Shown: in pieces, positions 40,501-55,500 of the stretch | Numbering within the stretch: the stretch's first letter is position 1 | Layout: each line of letters starts with the position of its first letter | NCBI GenBank assembly: GCA_965649765.1 | Contig: OZ287750.1 | Coordinates: 40,672,001-40,736,000 of the forward strand | DNA: 64,000 nt | Reading direction: 5' to 3' | Source: Bispira polyomma | Taxonomy: Eukaryota | Translations under genes and position numbers: made by a program | The notes under the pieces: generated by a model | What the model saw: the letters and a program-made list of their open reading frames with translations, nothing else | Databases searched by the model: none | What the model was told of the DNA's origin: nothing

Positions 40501-43500
40501 GTGACAATTTTATTGGAGAAACCAATTATCTATACAAGACCCTTCTGTTGCTGTCTAATAGGATATTTCTAATTTAAAAGTAGTTTGACTATACCAATAA
40601 GAGCTCTACTTTAGGACATATTTTTATTTATTGTTACTCATTTATATAGGGTCTAAATGTACATTATACTTTACCTTGTTAAGAAAATAAGGATCAAACA
40701 CGGCATATATCCTGCCACAGGGAGCGTACAGAACCTTGAATCCAAACCCTCTGATCATTATAAATAGGGAAGTAATTTTCTTCACATACACCTGGCCAAT
40801 GAATGCGGATGTCACAATATCCTCACTGTTCCCATTCACTGTGGCTGTATAATCGTTCAATATAATCACATGGGTCATGTCCCCATCTTTAGACACCTCC
40901 ACATGCACAGCCTTGATGCAGGTGACTGACAGTGTAGAACCACAGGAATCCACCTCATACCAGACTCTAACATCACCTTTAGGACCACCTTGTTCAGCAT
41001 CTTGAAGCTTAAGTTAAAGACAATACACATAAATTAAGACATCCATTAAGTGTTTCCTGTGTGCAATGTATCAGTGGGGTCTTACTGACATTCTTAGAAT
41101 GTAATTGTTGTAATTTTTTTAGTCTCAGCCAATCAGATTATTTAAAACAATACTTTTAGCCAATTAACCAAGTTAAAACAAAAAAATCAGAATAAGAATC
41201 TTTTTCAAAGCCAAATCCTGGTGATCGGCGAAAACTATACTAATTTTTGTAATAACTTCATTTATAAATGAATCAATTATTTTGCCTGTTGAAAGGACTA
41301 CTCCTTTTATGAACCAGTTGATAAAATAAGATTTGTTGATTGGATCTATTTTCAGAAAAATAATATCTGCGTCCTAACAGGGGCAGAAGGTATTAACATT
41401 GAATATTATAAATTAAGTTATTGCTAAATATTATGTGTCCTCAAATGGTTACATGCTATTTATATATTAACATGATACTAACTTTAAAATATGTAAGAAT
41501 TAGATGATATTTATTTCCCCCAAATAGACTTATATACTTATGCTACTATATTATGACTACCTGTGCATAAACATTATACAATATACTGCAAAAAAATTTA
41601 GAAGCAGAGAGCTTCTAACTTGTGTAACTATGGAGATTGATTACTATGATATGGCATTCATGTCTACACACTATATACATACTATATGTACTCAATAACA
41701 GTTTCCAGTTAGTTACATGCCATTGTGTACATTAAAAATGATATCCCATAAATATGTGCTTGCATAGACGAAAGTACTTATTAGGAGAATTACACAAGCC
41801 TGACTTTAAAATGAATTTCTGTCCAAACTTTTGAGCCTATTTACACACATATACATACCTCCACCAAGATATAGGAACATCCTGGGGCTCCCTGGTAAGT
41901 GTACATCTGTTTGTCAAAGGTTGTGATGTGGTTGTGACCAATCACAGAGCAGGTCTTGGGACAAGCCAGCTTGGTACACAGCCAATGCCCAGCCGAACAA
42001 GAACTGCAAAGAAAATACAAGCAGTTTGCTCTGGAGCTATGCTTAGAGACCTTAAAGCAGGAATTAATTGGGCAAAATAAATGTGGTAAATATATCAAAT
42101 CCTGTTCTATTCTAGTTAAGCTCTTCAGGTATTGAAATATTCTTACCAATGTATTGCAAGGTGCAAATCATAAGCCATTAGTCAGACCTAGCATATTTTG
42201 TTTCTCAAAAGAGCTTTTATAAGAAAATACTGAGACATTAAAGTGAGATTGTATCAATGAATTTGAAATTATTTCTGGATAGTAATAAAAACTAAATACG
42301 TTCAACATTCCATATTATTTGTGGTGTATAACTTGTAAGATTTGAACATGTTGACAGTTTGTAAAATAGCATACTCCGCATCCATTGGGCAAAAGGTGAA
42401 GTGGAAAATAATTAAACTCTGGCATATATCTGTACTGAACCTTAAGATCCTGCAAGAAGTTACCGTTACACAGAATAGAAAAGATTTTTGGGTCACAATT
42501 AAATCTATAACCTCTGACAATTTTTAAACACAAAAAACTTCCAGTGTGACATAGTAATTTAACGTAATGGCAAATAGAAATGGAGATACAGTCCAAACAT
42601 GTTTTTAGGATCAAGGTGATTGCTACAAAGTCAAAGGTCATAATAAAGTCAGACTGATCTACAACCCCTAACAATATGTGTGTTAAATATATAAACTTCT
42701 TGTAAAGAACATTAAATAGGTATAATTTAAAGAAGATTATTATTGTCAGATTATAAGTTTGAACTCATAATAAAGTCAGAAGACAATATGTTACAACTAT
42801 ATCCCTTAATGAATATTCATACTATAAATGAACTTAATCATATAACCAATAATAGTCACTGAGATATAAAGCACTTATGATTTTGAGGTCAAGGTAATTT
42901 TTCTAAGGTCAAAGGTCAGAATGAGGTCGGACCATAGCACTGAATATCTGCAGAACAAAATATTTGTACCAAATATAAAGTTTCCACCTTAAAACGGAAT
43001 GGGGATAATCAGATAGAAATTGACATTTAAAATGAAACAGTAAGGAAACAAAAAAGTCTCTACCATACAGTATAGAACCAAGTCTGAATAAGTTTAGACA
43101 ATTTTATATCTGGACAACAGAAGTTTGTAAATGCTAGTTAGTGTGCATAAGCCACAACCAAATCATATAAGTGTAGTAATAAAAATACCATACCAAAAAT
43201 GTTAATTATGGGTTACTTATACAAATGAAAGTCTTAAAATATATTACAAATATATATTCTCTTGTATTGCCTCACCAATGATTACATCCTATTTGGATAT
43301 TTGATCCACTGCTATACTCCTGCTTCTGATATTTACAATAGCACTCCTCAGGAGGAACACATAGGTTGTCCTGGAGATAAGTTCCCTCAGGACAACGACA
43401 TCCAGGGTAGAATTCATTAAGGCAGTCAGGTAGCAGGAGACTGCCAATGGTATCACAGGTCCTAGGACACTTGGGAACACATTCACTGTACTCTAGACCA

Positions 43501-46500
43501 GCAGGACATTCCTTGGCTACAAGCATAGAAAGGTATCACCTGAAGTACCGGTACTACTGATTTATTTATAATTACCTTCTAAATTAGTACAGTCTAAACC
43601 ATTCTCCACATAGTTTCTCATTTTATACACAGAAAATCAACAACAAGTAAAACTATGCACAAGGGACTCGCAAATTATAACCATTTAATTCGAAGGGTTC
43701 CCACATAATTTGGCTGCCTTTAACTAAACTTTATTACATGACTAAAATCCTTGCATAATGGAGTGAACAAAATAGAATATGCAAAGTATGATACATATAC
43801 TTTCAAATAAAAGATTAGATACTCCAGACATGGTAAAATCATGACATTAAAAGCTGTTTTGTATTCAGTTACTAAATGTTACCACAAAGTGAGGTAAACT
43901 GTAATATACTTACATAAAAAGGTACTTTAAAAAATTTTACCCCACAAAATTTTATTTTTTATCTTCCCAGTTGTGGTAAATTATGAACTATAACTAAATA
44001 TAAGAAACAAACAGGGGGTCACTTTGTGTTCTTGAATGAAATATTCATATGGTTCCACTTTATTTGATATATTTTAAAGATGTTACACAGCGTAACTATT
44101 CATCTTGACAACAAGATTATAACATCATTTACATATTTACTTTCAGTAAAACTTAATATCAAAACAACATGCATCTAAAATTTGTTAAGACATCAGAGGT
44201 AGTGTCCCAATTAGCAGCAGTACATTACGAAAGAATATTTATATGTTGAATGTCTAGTTTCCACAGGATGTGGGTCTACGTATGGCTGACAAAACCTGAT
44301 TTAAAAGCAGCATTTTGAAGTACTCGGCCATAAAATTAGTTAGAGTTTGTTGATAAAACACAATATTTTCATTCAATCAAATTGGTTGATACAAACAGTT
44401 AAGAATCGTCTTTGTCTCAGGCAATAAGATTTTCTGAATCAATATTTTTAGCCAATCAGATTAGTTAATATAAACACTTACGAATTGTCTTAGTCTCAGG
44501 CAATGAAATTCTCTGAAACACTATTTATAGCCAATCAAATTGGGTAATACAAAAATTTATGAATAAAATTCTTTATAAACACCACCCCAGTACTTACGAC
44601 ATATCTCAGATGTCCTCCACTCCAGTACAATGCCTTTTGATGTGCATTCCATACAGTAGGCACCGAAAGCATTACAGAGAACCGCTTGGAGATCTTCTTC
44701 TAGCTCAGGGCCAGTTGTCCCATTGTATTGATGTAGTACTCCACAGTAGTCATTGATACAGCGTAAGTAAAAATGTCTCACCAGCACCTAAATGCAAAGA
44801 TTGTGCGCCTTGTTGTACTGGTATAAATTCTCTGTATCATTTCTACTTAGAAATTATATTACTTGAATCTTTAAGCTATTACATCTATGTCAATAATTTA
44901 AAACTTGAAAACTGAAGCAACTTAAGGAAATCAAATAATATTTTGTGGGGTGTCGACTGGTTGCCGACAACCTAGGGATCAAAATGGTTAAGGTCGTATC
45001 AGATTCCACTTACCGCATCATGGCAGTCTTCAAATGCCTGACCATGGATGTAACTACAAGCCTGTTTGGCAGTGTCTTCATCTTCTGTGCTCTCACAACT
45101 GTACATAAACTCTGGTGCATCTGGACACTGTACAAGTACAGTACAAAACATTTGTAGTCACTTTCAAATAATATGTACTCTGAACTAATTTACTGGTTGT
45201 TGACTGTACAAGTAGACCCAGCCAGCAGCAGTACTTGCCACTCTGACTGTCAAGAAAGGTTTTATGACGATGCCATAATAACCTCTCTTTAGTCTGCCAG
45301 TAAGGACAGAACCCAATGACAGAGTATTGTCGTTTTACATTGCACAACATATCTGCTTACACTTGATAGCCCCAGTCTGGAACTGAATTGAGGTTAACAT
45401 TCTCTGCATTACCCACAAGGCCATAGTGGTATATGTCTCCATAAAAGTAAAATTTCAACGAATGGGGTGTTTTGTTATGAAATTATCAAGACCTTATATA
45501 CATGTGGACACTTTATGAATATTTACTTAACATTAACATATATTTTATCACATTTAAAATAATAGTTTTTTCATACCTTTAGAGATTATAGTAAAACTTT
45601 TTTTGTGCATTGCTATTAGAAAATTTCCACATTTCAATATAACTCATACCAGAAAGAACAATTGCTGGTTTCTACAAAATAAAAGTAAAATAACAGAGAG
45701 GGTTTGATTATGTGTTCTGTGTGATCTAAGGTTTAAATTAATGCATGTACAGGATCAGGATTCATGCAATCAAACAATTTGGCGAAACCACTTTTTAAAT
45801 AAAGAAGAAGGAAGGGAGATGTATTGGTGAAGTAAGACCAAATAATGGTCTGGAGGGAGCAATTACCATTTTAACACGAAAAAATTATTTATTTTCTCAA
45901 AAAAATGCATTGATAGCTCATAGCTTGCTGTTTTGTTTTTATTAATAAGGGCACTGACTAGTACGTAAAAAGTCATGGATGTACTGTGCTTATCATAATA
46001 ATCAGTCAACCACAATCAAGCTCACCAGGTTCTCCATTTTTTGTTCCGATTATCCCAGTTTAGGTGGTAGTTTGCTTGATGCACATAATTTAGTTTCATG
46101 TGACATTTTTCTGATAAAAGGTTTTTCATTTTCTTTTTAAAGTTCTTGGTACACGAAAAAGACTATTTAATCAAACTCTTTTAAAATGTTGATTATGAGA
46201 TGTTTCTGCACACGAACCTGGTCATATGTTTCATCAAACACCCAGGAGTTCCCAAACTCAGCCACATGACCTGCTAGGTCACCTGATGGCTTCCTCATGT
46301 CATCTGAAGAAGAAAGAATATAGTCTTTGGTAAATGAAAGGATAGTATTCTAAACCATAAACCAAACAAAGGAGTGCTTGACAAGAATGACATTGGAATA
46401 ATACATCTCAAAACTATTATGTGGATATTTGTAAAGCATAATACACTAAAGTCTAAAGTTTTCAAAACTTGTTTCAAGAGCAAAATTATGTTTCAATAAT

Positions 46501-49500
46501 AGAAAGTTTATATTGCATAGAATATTTATCATAACAGAATTGGAAAGTATATGTTCGGGATAATTAGAAATGGGTTTATAAACTTGATTTTTAGGATATT
46601 AGATGTTTTCAATTATTTTATTTTATTGCTACAGAAACAACTAATTATTGTTAACACTTTTAAACCGACACTTCTAAAACTCATTACTATGGGGGTTCCC
46701 ATCCATATTTCCACAGATGCCTTTAAAGTCAAAGCTGTCTTCCTGGTTAAGTTCTTCCTCTATGGTCAATAACCAGCTGGTCTCTAAGTCCCAGCGCAAA
46801 CGCAGTGTACCATACTCCAGATAGTACCAGCCTCCAAGGTACTGGATAGATATGGCTGCAAAGAAGAGAATAAAATAATGGTTACTTGGGTATGGTCATT
46901 GGTAAAAGAACATAAATATATGGTAATCACTTTGATTTAGAATTAATTTTAAAAACATTTAATGTATTAAATATATTTAACAATGTTCAGTATGTTATAA
47001 AAATGTAAGTATGGCTAAAAATATTTATGCCTCATGTTTTATGAACATATAAGGTACGTCTAGGAATTTGTTGATGAGAGCTAACTTTAGAATAACTTTT
47101 GTATTTGTAGATTAATCTTAATAATTATTTATACCAAAGTTGAAAATACATTATAATATAGGCATAATTGCACCAAGGGATATATTATCCAATGTGAATC
47201 ATTTGATAAAATATGGTGTCCCACCTAAATTTTATGGGTTTTTAATCCAATCTAAGTAACACAAGATAAAATAACAGAAGGCTGACCACTGTGCATTGCA
47301 GACCATCCATAGCTCATGGTGACAAGGGAACTGATGTCTTGGTCTTTGTATAAGATACTGCCACCTTTGATAGTAATGTAGTCCATCGCATTGAGTTTCA
47401 GGAACAGTTCCTTTGGTATAAAAGTAGACCACCAGTAAAATTATCTAGACTTTAAACATACAGTGTAAATTTCTGTATGGCTTAAGGCCTATAATAGAAG
47501 TATTTGTTATCCCACAAATAAGCATAGCGGTACCAGTTGGAGGTAAACTGGGGACCTGCTGATCACCAGATCAACTGATCCAATAGAGTTGAACTAGGAA
47601 TTTTATGATCACCACACCAACTCCGAACCACTAGGCCACAGGATACAAGAATCATAGGGTCTCCTTACTATAGCCTCAGAATATCTTGTATTGAATTCAA
47701 ATAATTTTGGTTTAGTGTTTAACCACTAGGCCGCTTTAATATCTGCATTAGCATATTGTGCAGTGAATCCAATCAAAGTGAAACTGCCTACAATCATAAG
47801 CCAAGAAAAGTCTCCCTGATTGCTACATATAACTAAGAAGAAAAAAACTTTGCTAAACAGATGGATTTTATTATAGATATGTTGTTATATAGTAAAGTAT
47901 TAGGTATCGGGTATTTTATCATCATACATATGCAATAACACATACAAGTACAAACAGATATGTTTTGATGGCATCATAAGAAAACATACATTAAACATTG
48001 TTGAAAAATAACAACAGATCCCTTCTATTGGAAGTAATATTAGGTTAATATGGTTCCCGTGATATACACATAATACGATTTTAACATAAACATTATTATA
48101 AACATTCTTTTATTTAATGTCAATTTCCAATGGGAAATATACATCTTCCTCTAAATAAGAAGAACATTAACTATAAAGGTTTGGTTAAATGGTTTAGACT
48201 CTGTCTCTATTTCAGCAGAATTTTCATTAAATAGGTTAACATGAAAAAACTCTATAATAGGACTAAATATGTTGCCACAATTAAGTTCTATAGGTGTACA
48301 CTAAATATTGAATTTCTACCAATGAGAGTAGATAAACTTCTTTAATGGACTATAAAAAGCTCTTCAAATTTTAGTTTAGGTATTGCACCAATGAGCCGAT
48401 GGCCTAATCTCACCTTTCTACAAGTGGAGACTCTATGGCAGTCCACCATGTCAACCCTCAACATCCTCATATTTTCAGGATCTGAGAACATGACATAGGT
48501 ACATCTTCCTGGAAACAGCATCTCAAAGCCATCAAAGCTGCGGATATAGTTTGGTCCAGTACCGAGACAGGTTCGAAAGGGTAAGTTTGGGTCAGCAAAA
48601 ATCACTGAAACAATAACAGCAAAGTACACACCAAATAATAGCTTTAAAAATATCTTTAAGAACTTAATATTACCAATGTAAATTACAATAATCTCTCAAT
48701 AACGGCCATAGGCAAAACCCAAAGTATGGGGAGCTGCTCTGATGACAATATGGATTTTGGTTGCAAATGGTATACTCTAATTTATTCATCACACACTGTC
48801 ATATTATAGTAAGTTATATATTACTCACCATGGGGATTGGAAGTTAAGATACTTGTTTTTTGGAAAGTTTTACTACATATGATAAACATATATGAACTGA
48901 ATAATTTATTTTATTAAAATGGATTCATCTTTTTATGTACATGAATAAATGTTCACAAGTTGTATTTACAAGCTCACAAGTCAGCTAAAAATGCAAAATT
49001 ATTACCAGATGGCTGAGCCAACTCTCTACCAATTTCAAACATATGCTTCTCGGCATCGTGAGGCACACATTCCAAGCAGTCACTCGTACCAAACAGACCC
49101 CAGCCTTCTCCACCGTTATCACAGCAGTCTGAGTAAGTCATGACAGTAGTCAGACCCTCAACTAACCGTGCACCGCTGCAGGTGTCTGTCTCGTAGCAGT
49201 ATTTCAGGCTGTCAGTTACCTCTGTGAAAACAAGGAAGGTATGACATAATGTGGTAAGGGAATACATTGTAAATTATTACCATGGTGATGTGGTCATATG
49301 GCTTGTAGGTTTGTTTTAGAGATTTTGCTTGATGTATTTTACAAGTCCATACGGTAAATCACAAAAAGTCTGCTTTACCATAATATTGAAAACAAGGCAA
49401 AATTTGGGTATCTGTTTTAACAGTAAGTTAAAACCTGTGAAAATGGTACAGATTGAGTATTTACTTCAATTGTTTCGAGTATTAATTATAAAATGTTAAG

Positions 49501-52500
49501 ATGAAAACTCCGCTCTAGATATGCATTTTTACCATTTCAGGATACCATCTTTTGATGAATTCTTACCATTTCAGGATACCATATTTTTAAAACTCTATGT
49601 GGTTATAGCTTTACCTATGACAATAAGCCCTAATGTTGTAAACAAATTATCTGTCGAAATTTAGAATGCATAGCACTTAGTATTATTTGAATCATCACAA
49701 GTACATCCCTCTTTGTGCCTTTAGCTTTATCTAATCTAGGCCACTCAGACCTTTTGATGCTTAGTTTTAATAACAATAGTAATATAAATACTTATTATGC
49801 CAAATCAATGTCACACATCTTCTAAAGCACAACATCATGGACAGTTTGGTATCCTAAATACAAGGTCAGGTCGTCATAAAGTAGCTTGGCACACAGGATA
49901 AAATACTATGGATTATATGGCCAGGTTCAACAGACAAGATTTTAGTTTGCTTGTCAAACCTAAAAGAGAACATTGTTATCACTTATGTCGATAGGGTTAA
50001 CTATATTAGAGCATAATGGGTTTAGCCACGGAGAAGGCAGAAGATCCAAGCATTACAAGGTCTAATATTAGAAACAGCCAACCTATTTGGACTAGGGCGG
50101 GCACTAAAGGAAAGCAATGAGACAACAATGCAAGACTGGAGAAGATTAACAACTTTGAATGTTATTAAATTATTCTTTAAAATAGCTTATTACTTAAACA
50201 GATTGCCAATGAAACCTTTTGAGATGATGCAGTGTTATGCCAGTGTGAGAAACAGCTCAGGCGATCAATCTACACACATATATAGTATTTAGTGCATATC
50301 AATAGATATGTACACTAATCACAGTCAAATAGGCTTTCTCACCATATTTTCACCTTTACAAGTTTTTACCTTACGTAATTTCTGAGTTCTCAATAAATAA
50401 TCAGCAATATATAGCTTTATATGTCCAAATAATATCATAAACGACCAAAGTTGGTCGATTTACAGTAAACAGCGTCGTAGATGTATTTTAACCCTAATAA
50501 CAACATCAGACAAAGGTCGTGTGTATCCTGGGTAATCACCAATCTCACCAATACAGGTCAGACAAAGGGTAAGTGTGGACTTCAGATCACTTATCACTGA
50601 TGTCCTCAATATACAGGTCAGTCAAAAAGTGAAGAATTTTATTTTAGAACACTTACCACTGATGTCTTCATGTTTAATATATAGGTAAGTCAAAATGTGA
50701 AGACTTTGGAGCAATTCTACTTTACTGGTACAAGAGTTTAAAGAGACTTTGCATTAGTGATTAAATAATGTAATTTAGTGTAATTACTGTAGGATTTCCC
50801 CCCAAAACCCCCTTTATGACTTGAATTTAAGTTTGTAATGAATCCTCAAGATTTAAATTTAGCTATAAACAACCAAATCTCGCATTAAAAGAAATCTTGT
50901 ACTGGTAAAGTAGAAACTATCCAAGACTTTTATTTGAGAATACTCACCACTTATGTGTTCAATAAAGTTCAGTAAAAGGATTAACAATTTACTTCAAATC
51001 ACTTACAACTGATGGTTTTAATATATAGGTCAGAGAAAGGGTTTGAAATTTACTTCAAAACACTTACCACTAATGTCTTTTAAAACATAGGTTAGTAAAA
51101 AGTTTAAGAATTTACTGCAGAATATTTACCACTGATGTCTTCAATGCATGTCATTCCTGTGTACCCCAACAAGCACTCACACTCGTTGGGTGCCACACAG
51201 GTTCCTCCATTGGAACATATCGGGTCACATACCGCTGGAAAATAGAGCATAGAATCATTATCGATAGCATTGTGGTAATACCCCATTCAGAATGGAATAA
51301 TTCTAAAAATCACCAGTGCAACCAAATAGGATTTGCACGTATGGATACATTGTTTAGATAAAATTATGAACACTAGATTTACAGGTATAATACTAAACCC
51401 TAATGCTGTGATCGTAAATATAATTCTATCTTTAAATTTTGAGAACTACCTTAAATATTGGCACGCATTGCGTCCAGTGAATTATATAATTGAGCCTAAA
51501 GATTTGATATTATTTAGAAGTTTAAATATGGGAATATTCATTTTTATTATTTCACATCTGCACATCTTCCACTCGACCTGAAATACCTTTCTAATCTGAT
51601 GGATCCACATTTTTTTAACTTTGGCATAGTTATACTGTACATATTTTATAGCTAAAACATCTACTGGCTTAATACGTAACCTTATGACACAAATCCTACC
51701 TATAAACACCATATAGAGGATACACATGCTACCAGTGGGCTGCTGCTCAGTGATATATTATTAACATAACACTTCATTGCAATAAAGATTTTGCATCAAA
51801 ATTGTTTGTGGAAATAGCAATATAAATTATGAAGGACATACACAATATTTTAAAAAATGTGTTCTGAAGACCACAATAAGACATATCATCCTTTTTTAGA
51901 TAATATTCCCAGTGTCATTATTGGCATACCTCAGCAATAAGAGAAATTTTTTGATCACTCTCAAAAGTGTGTAAAATTCATTACTATTCAGCAGGAAGAT
52001 GTGCATGTCTAGAATAATAACCTGTTGAATACTACATTGCACAGGTAAAATATAGGATTTACCGACCTCCAACTTTTTTTTTAATACTGTATCTCTGCTG
52101 AAATAATGTCATTCACTGATCCTAAAATACTTGAAAATTGGTAGCGTTGTTGTCAGAATTTGAATTTAGTTTTGTAGTTTTCATCTCTTTCAATAGCTTA
52201 GGGTTATATCAAGACGACCAGATTCAATGGTAGAAGAAACCAGTGCTGAAGCCATTGTAAACCACCGGCCTACAGCAAGTGTCTGACAAACTTTACCACA
52301 TGCAGAAACAAATGTCATTCAAAACCACATTGGTGAGAAGCCAGTAATTGTGAAGTATGAAGTACAGGTGGTTTCAACCGCTAGGCCATCGTGTGTACTA
52401 TAAGAGAGGTGGGGGAGGGGGTTAATATTACAACAAATGTGGCAGATGAAAACTCACGTGTGTCACAGTTGAGTCCAGTATATTGTGGACAGCATTCTTC

Positions 52501-55500
52501 TACCTCATGCAAAGCTGTCCTGTTCAATAACAATGTATAACACATTTCTTATCTTAGGATCACAATGTTTGTATGTAGTGGTTTTTAGGTGATATACTTA
52601 CAGTAATTCAGGTACACCATGTATAGGTCAGGCCCAATGATCATGTTTTCTATTTAAAACAAGAGTTGTCTTTTAAAAAAAGACACAGGTGCACTGTGTG
52701 AAATACACTAATGTTAATATGGCCACTATATACTTGGGCAAATCTGACACCCTTCAGTGTAGATTGGTGTATTGCTACCAACCATTCCATGAAGGCCTTA
52801 CATATTATTTATCAAAGGGCAACACACTTATCAATGGCGGCTTCCTTTTCAGAATAAAAACGAGACCAGGCTGCGCCTCATAAAAATTAGTACTCTTATT
52901 GATGTCTCTTATTGAGCCACAAACACAAATGTAAAGTAGATTCATATAAACTAGGATACAACAAGAGTGATAATGATTTGGGTTGAATGTATATAGAAGT
53001 CAAGCAAAAAACTCACCTGATTAAACACTTTTTAATATTTCAACTGGTATGCTGGCCCAACTAGTATTTTTATCAAAATATTTCTTGAAGAATGTTACAC
53101 CTTGACATCGCAAGTTTTATATCTTGAAACCCCACCAATCTTAAATGTCCTAGTTTAGAAATTACCACACACTTAGAAATAAAGAAGGCAACCAAATTAT
53201 TGGTTGTCCTATTTTATAAGAAAACCCTGTTCTGTCTTGTGAGATTACATCTCTGTGGGGCAATATTCACAAACGTTCTTTGAAATTCAATTCTTAAAAT
53301 GATTTTGGTCTATGCCAATCAGACCTGTTGTATTCAGCTAATCAAATTGGTTGGAAAAGAAATTTAAAAATCTTTGTGAATGCTGGTGTAGGACTTACTT
53401 GAAGAAGACACAGGTATCATTGGAGTCTGTATCCATGAACCAGCTGGCCATCTTCTCCTGCCATTCATCCTTGGTCAGTGTGCCATAGTTGTTTAAGGTT
53501 GCTGTAGCGACAAAGTCCAGCTCGTAGAAGTCTATAAGCTGGGCCTTTAAGTCAGTACAGGGTTTTATGACCTCCTCTTCTCTTACTTTCTTTGTCACTT
53601 TGCATTTCAATGCCCTGTTGAAAATTGTTAAATACATAAAATCAAACATGACTGTAATCACACTTCAAGCAATCAGACTTTAAGCTAGCTTTTGGTTTAA
53701 TGTCGCTCTCAGTACCTCTTGTGTCTTGTCAGTTATTATTTAATGATACATTGAATATTTATCGGTGATGGTAAAATGCAGATTAAAGATCCTTGGGGGA
53801 CACTGATCAATGATCATCCTCAAGCACCTCAGCACTCATAGTGGCTGCCCATGAAGAAGCGCATTTGGAAGGACGCTGTGTTCTGTAAGTGCACTATAAC
53901 AAATGTACTATTTCGTGGTCACAGCTATAAAATCTAGTCAGAGGTCAAACAGTGGTCAGATCATAGTTCACTTTTACAACCATATTAATTGTATCTGTAC
54001 CAAACGAAAACTTTCTTTGACGATACATTTCTGAGAGCTAAGGACCTGAAACATCTTTTACAGTCAACGTCATTACTGGATCATTATATTGAACATCAAA
54101 CTCTTCTGTGAAATATTTGTACCTGTCTCTCATGACGATTTCCATATAAAAGTTCACTGTAACAGAGTTTAAGCATCTCAAATGTTTTCACTGTATAAAC
54201 TGTAAAAAAACTAATCTGATGCATCAGTTAGGTAAATATGTGGTATACGTCATCTTGAATCCATCCAATTCTGTTGACTTGGTGTAGCGAATACAGATGG
54301 ACGCCACATGATGCATGTATCGAAATCGGCCTCTACATAAAAGATATTTTATAAAGATATCAACTTTAGTGTTTTTTAGCTGTGTGGGGAAGGCTTCACA
54401 CAAGTCGAAAATGACACAACACAAGCAATTATAAACGTGGTTATATAAAAGTCTACATGTCTGCATGAAACATGGAGCAAAACATCACTTCTCCTTTTAA
54501 AAGTGCTTAAAAGTCACGCCCAGTACTGCATAGTATATATGAAGTATTATATGATTTATTTTCTTCGATCAGAAGTTAATATTGCGGCAAAATTTAAAGG
54601 ACGTTTTTCTAACGGCTGACGTCATCACTCACATTGCATTGTTTTCGACAATTTGACGAAAAAGTTATCGTTTTGCCGGCAAACTACTAACGCTTGGCTT
54701 TTGAAGGAAAAACAAAATAAAGTAGTTATAATGTGTACTTTTCTAAATACTATCTGTTTACTCAAAGGGCATATTATGTAATGGCCCGGTCTCATAGAGA
54801 CGGGTTGGCGTCAGTATTGATGGCATTTGGCAAATCATGGTTTGTAGGTTTTCGTCCACGAATAGACATCCCCAGCCCACCCCACGAATTTATGGCATGT
54901 TCATAATAATCAGGTACAAACATGTGCCACGAAAATGACACGTACCTTCATTATTACCCATTAACTCACACATTTACCTACTAGTTAGAATGGAAGACAT
55001 CCCTAACACTAACAAATACCCACTAACACCTCACTAAAACCAACAAATGGTCACTAACTGCTAATAATTGACAATGACGCAAAACGAGCCAACGCAACTC
55101 TGTGATGCTCGATCCTTTTCTGTCCCTGGATATTGAAATTTGATTACTGTTTGTTTTTTGGTTTTTTTTTGTGCTATTGCGCCTTAGAGTCCCCTTTGTA
55201 AATGGGGAGATTAAGCACTTTTAAAGTCTAATTACAACCTGCTACTGATGAGAAACGTTCCAAAGCTAATCTAGAGAAATGCCCATACCTCCCCTTCCAC
55301 AAAACACCTTACAAGCTACCTTTCTGACATGAGTGTTTTAAACATCCCTAAATTACACGTGGCAGCTCCACTAATTCTCACATATATCAACGAACTGCTT
55401 CGAATGTAGACTAATTGGAAACGAAGTTGAAACATTTACTCACTGATAGATGCAAAAACGTTTGTATATAGTGTCTCCGCCTAGCTGGTTCGTCTGTATG

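Noticed and set aside
33659-48604. GDPH autocatalytic cleavage site or CGLC isomerase motif in the VWD domains
   Set aside because: The equivalent positions read GPNY, GHNH, GTAQ and KGICG, QGLCG, DGLCG, so neither motif is present.
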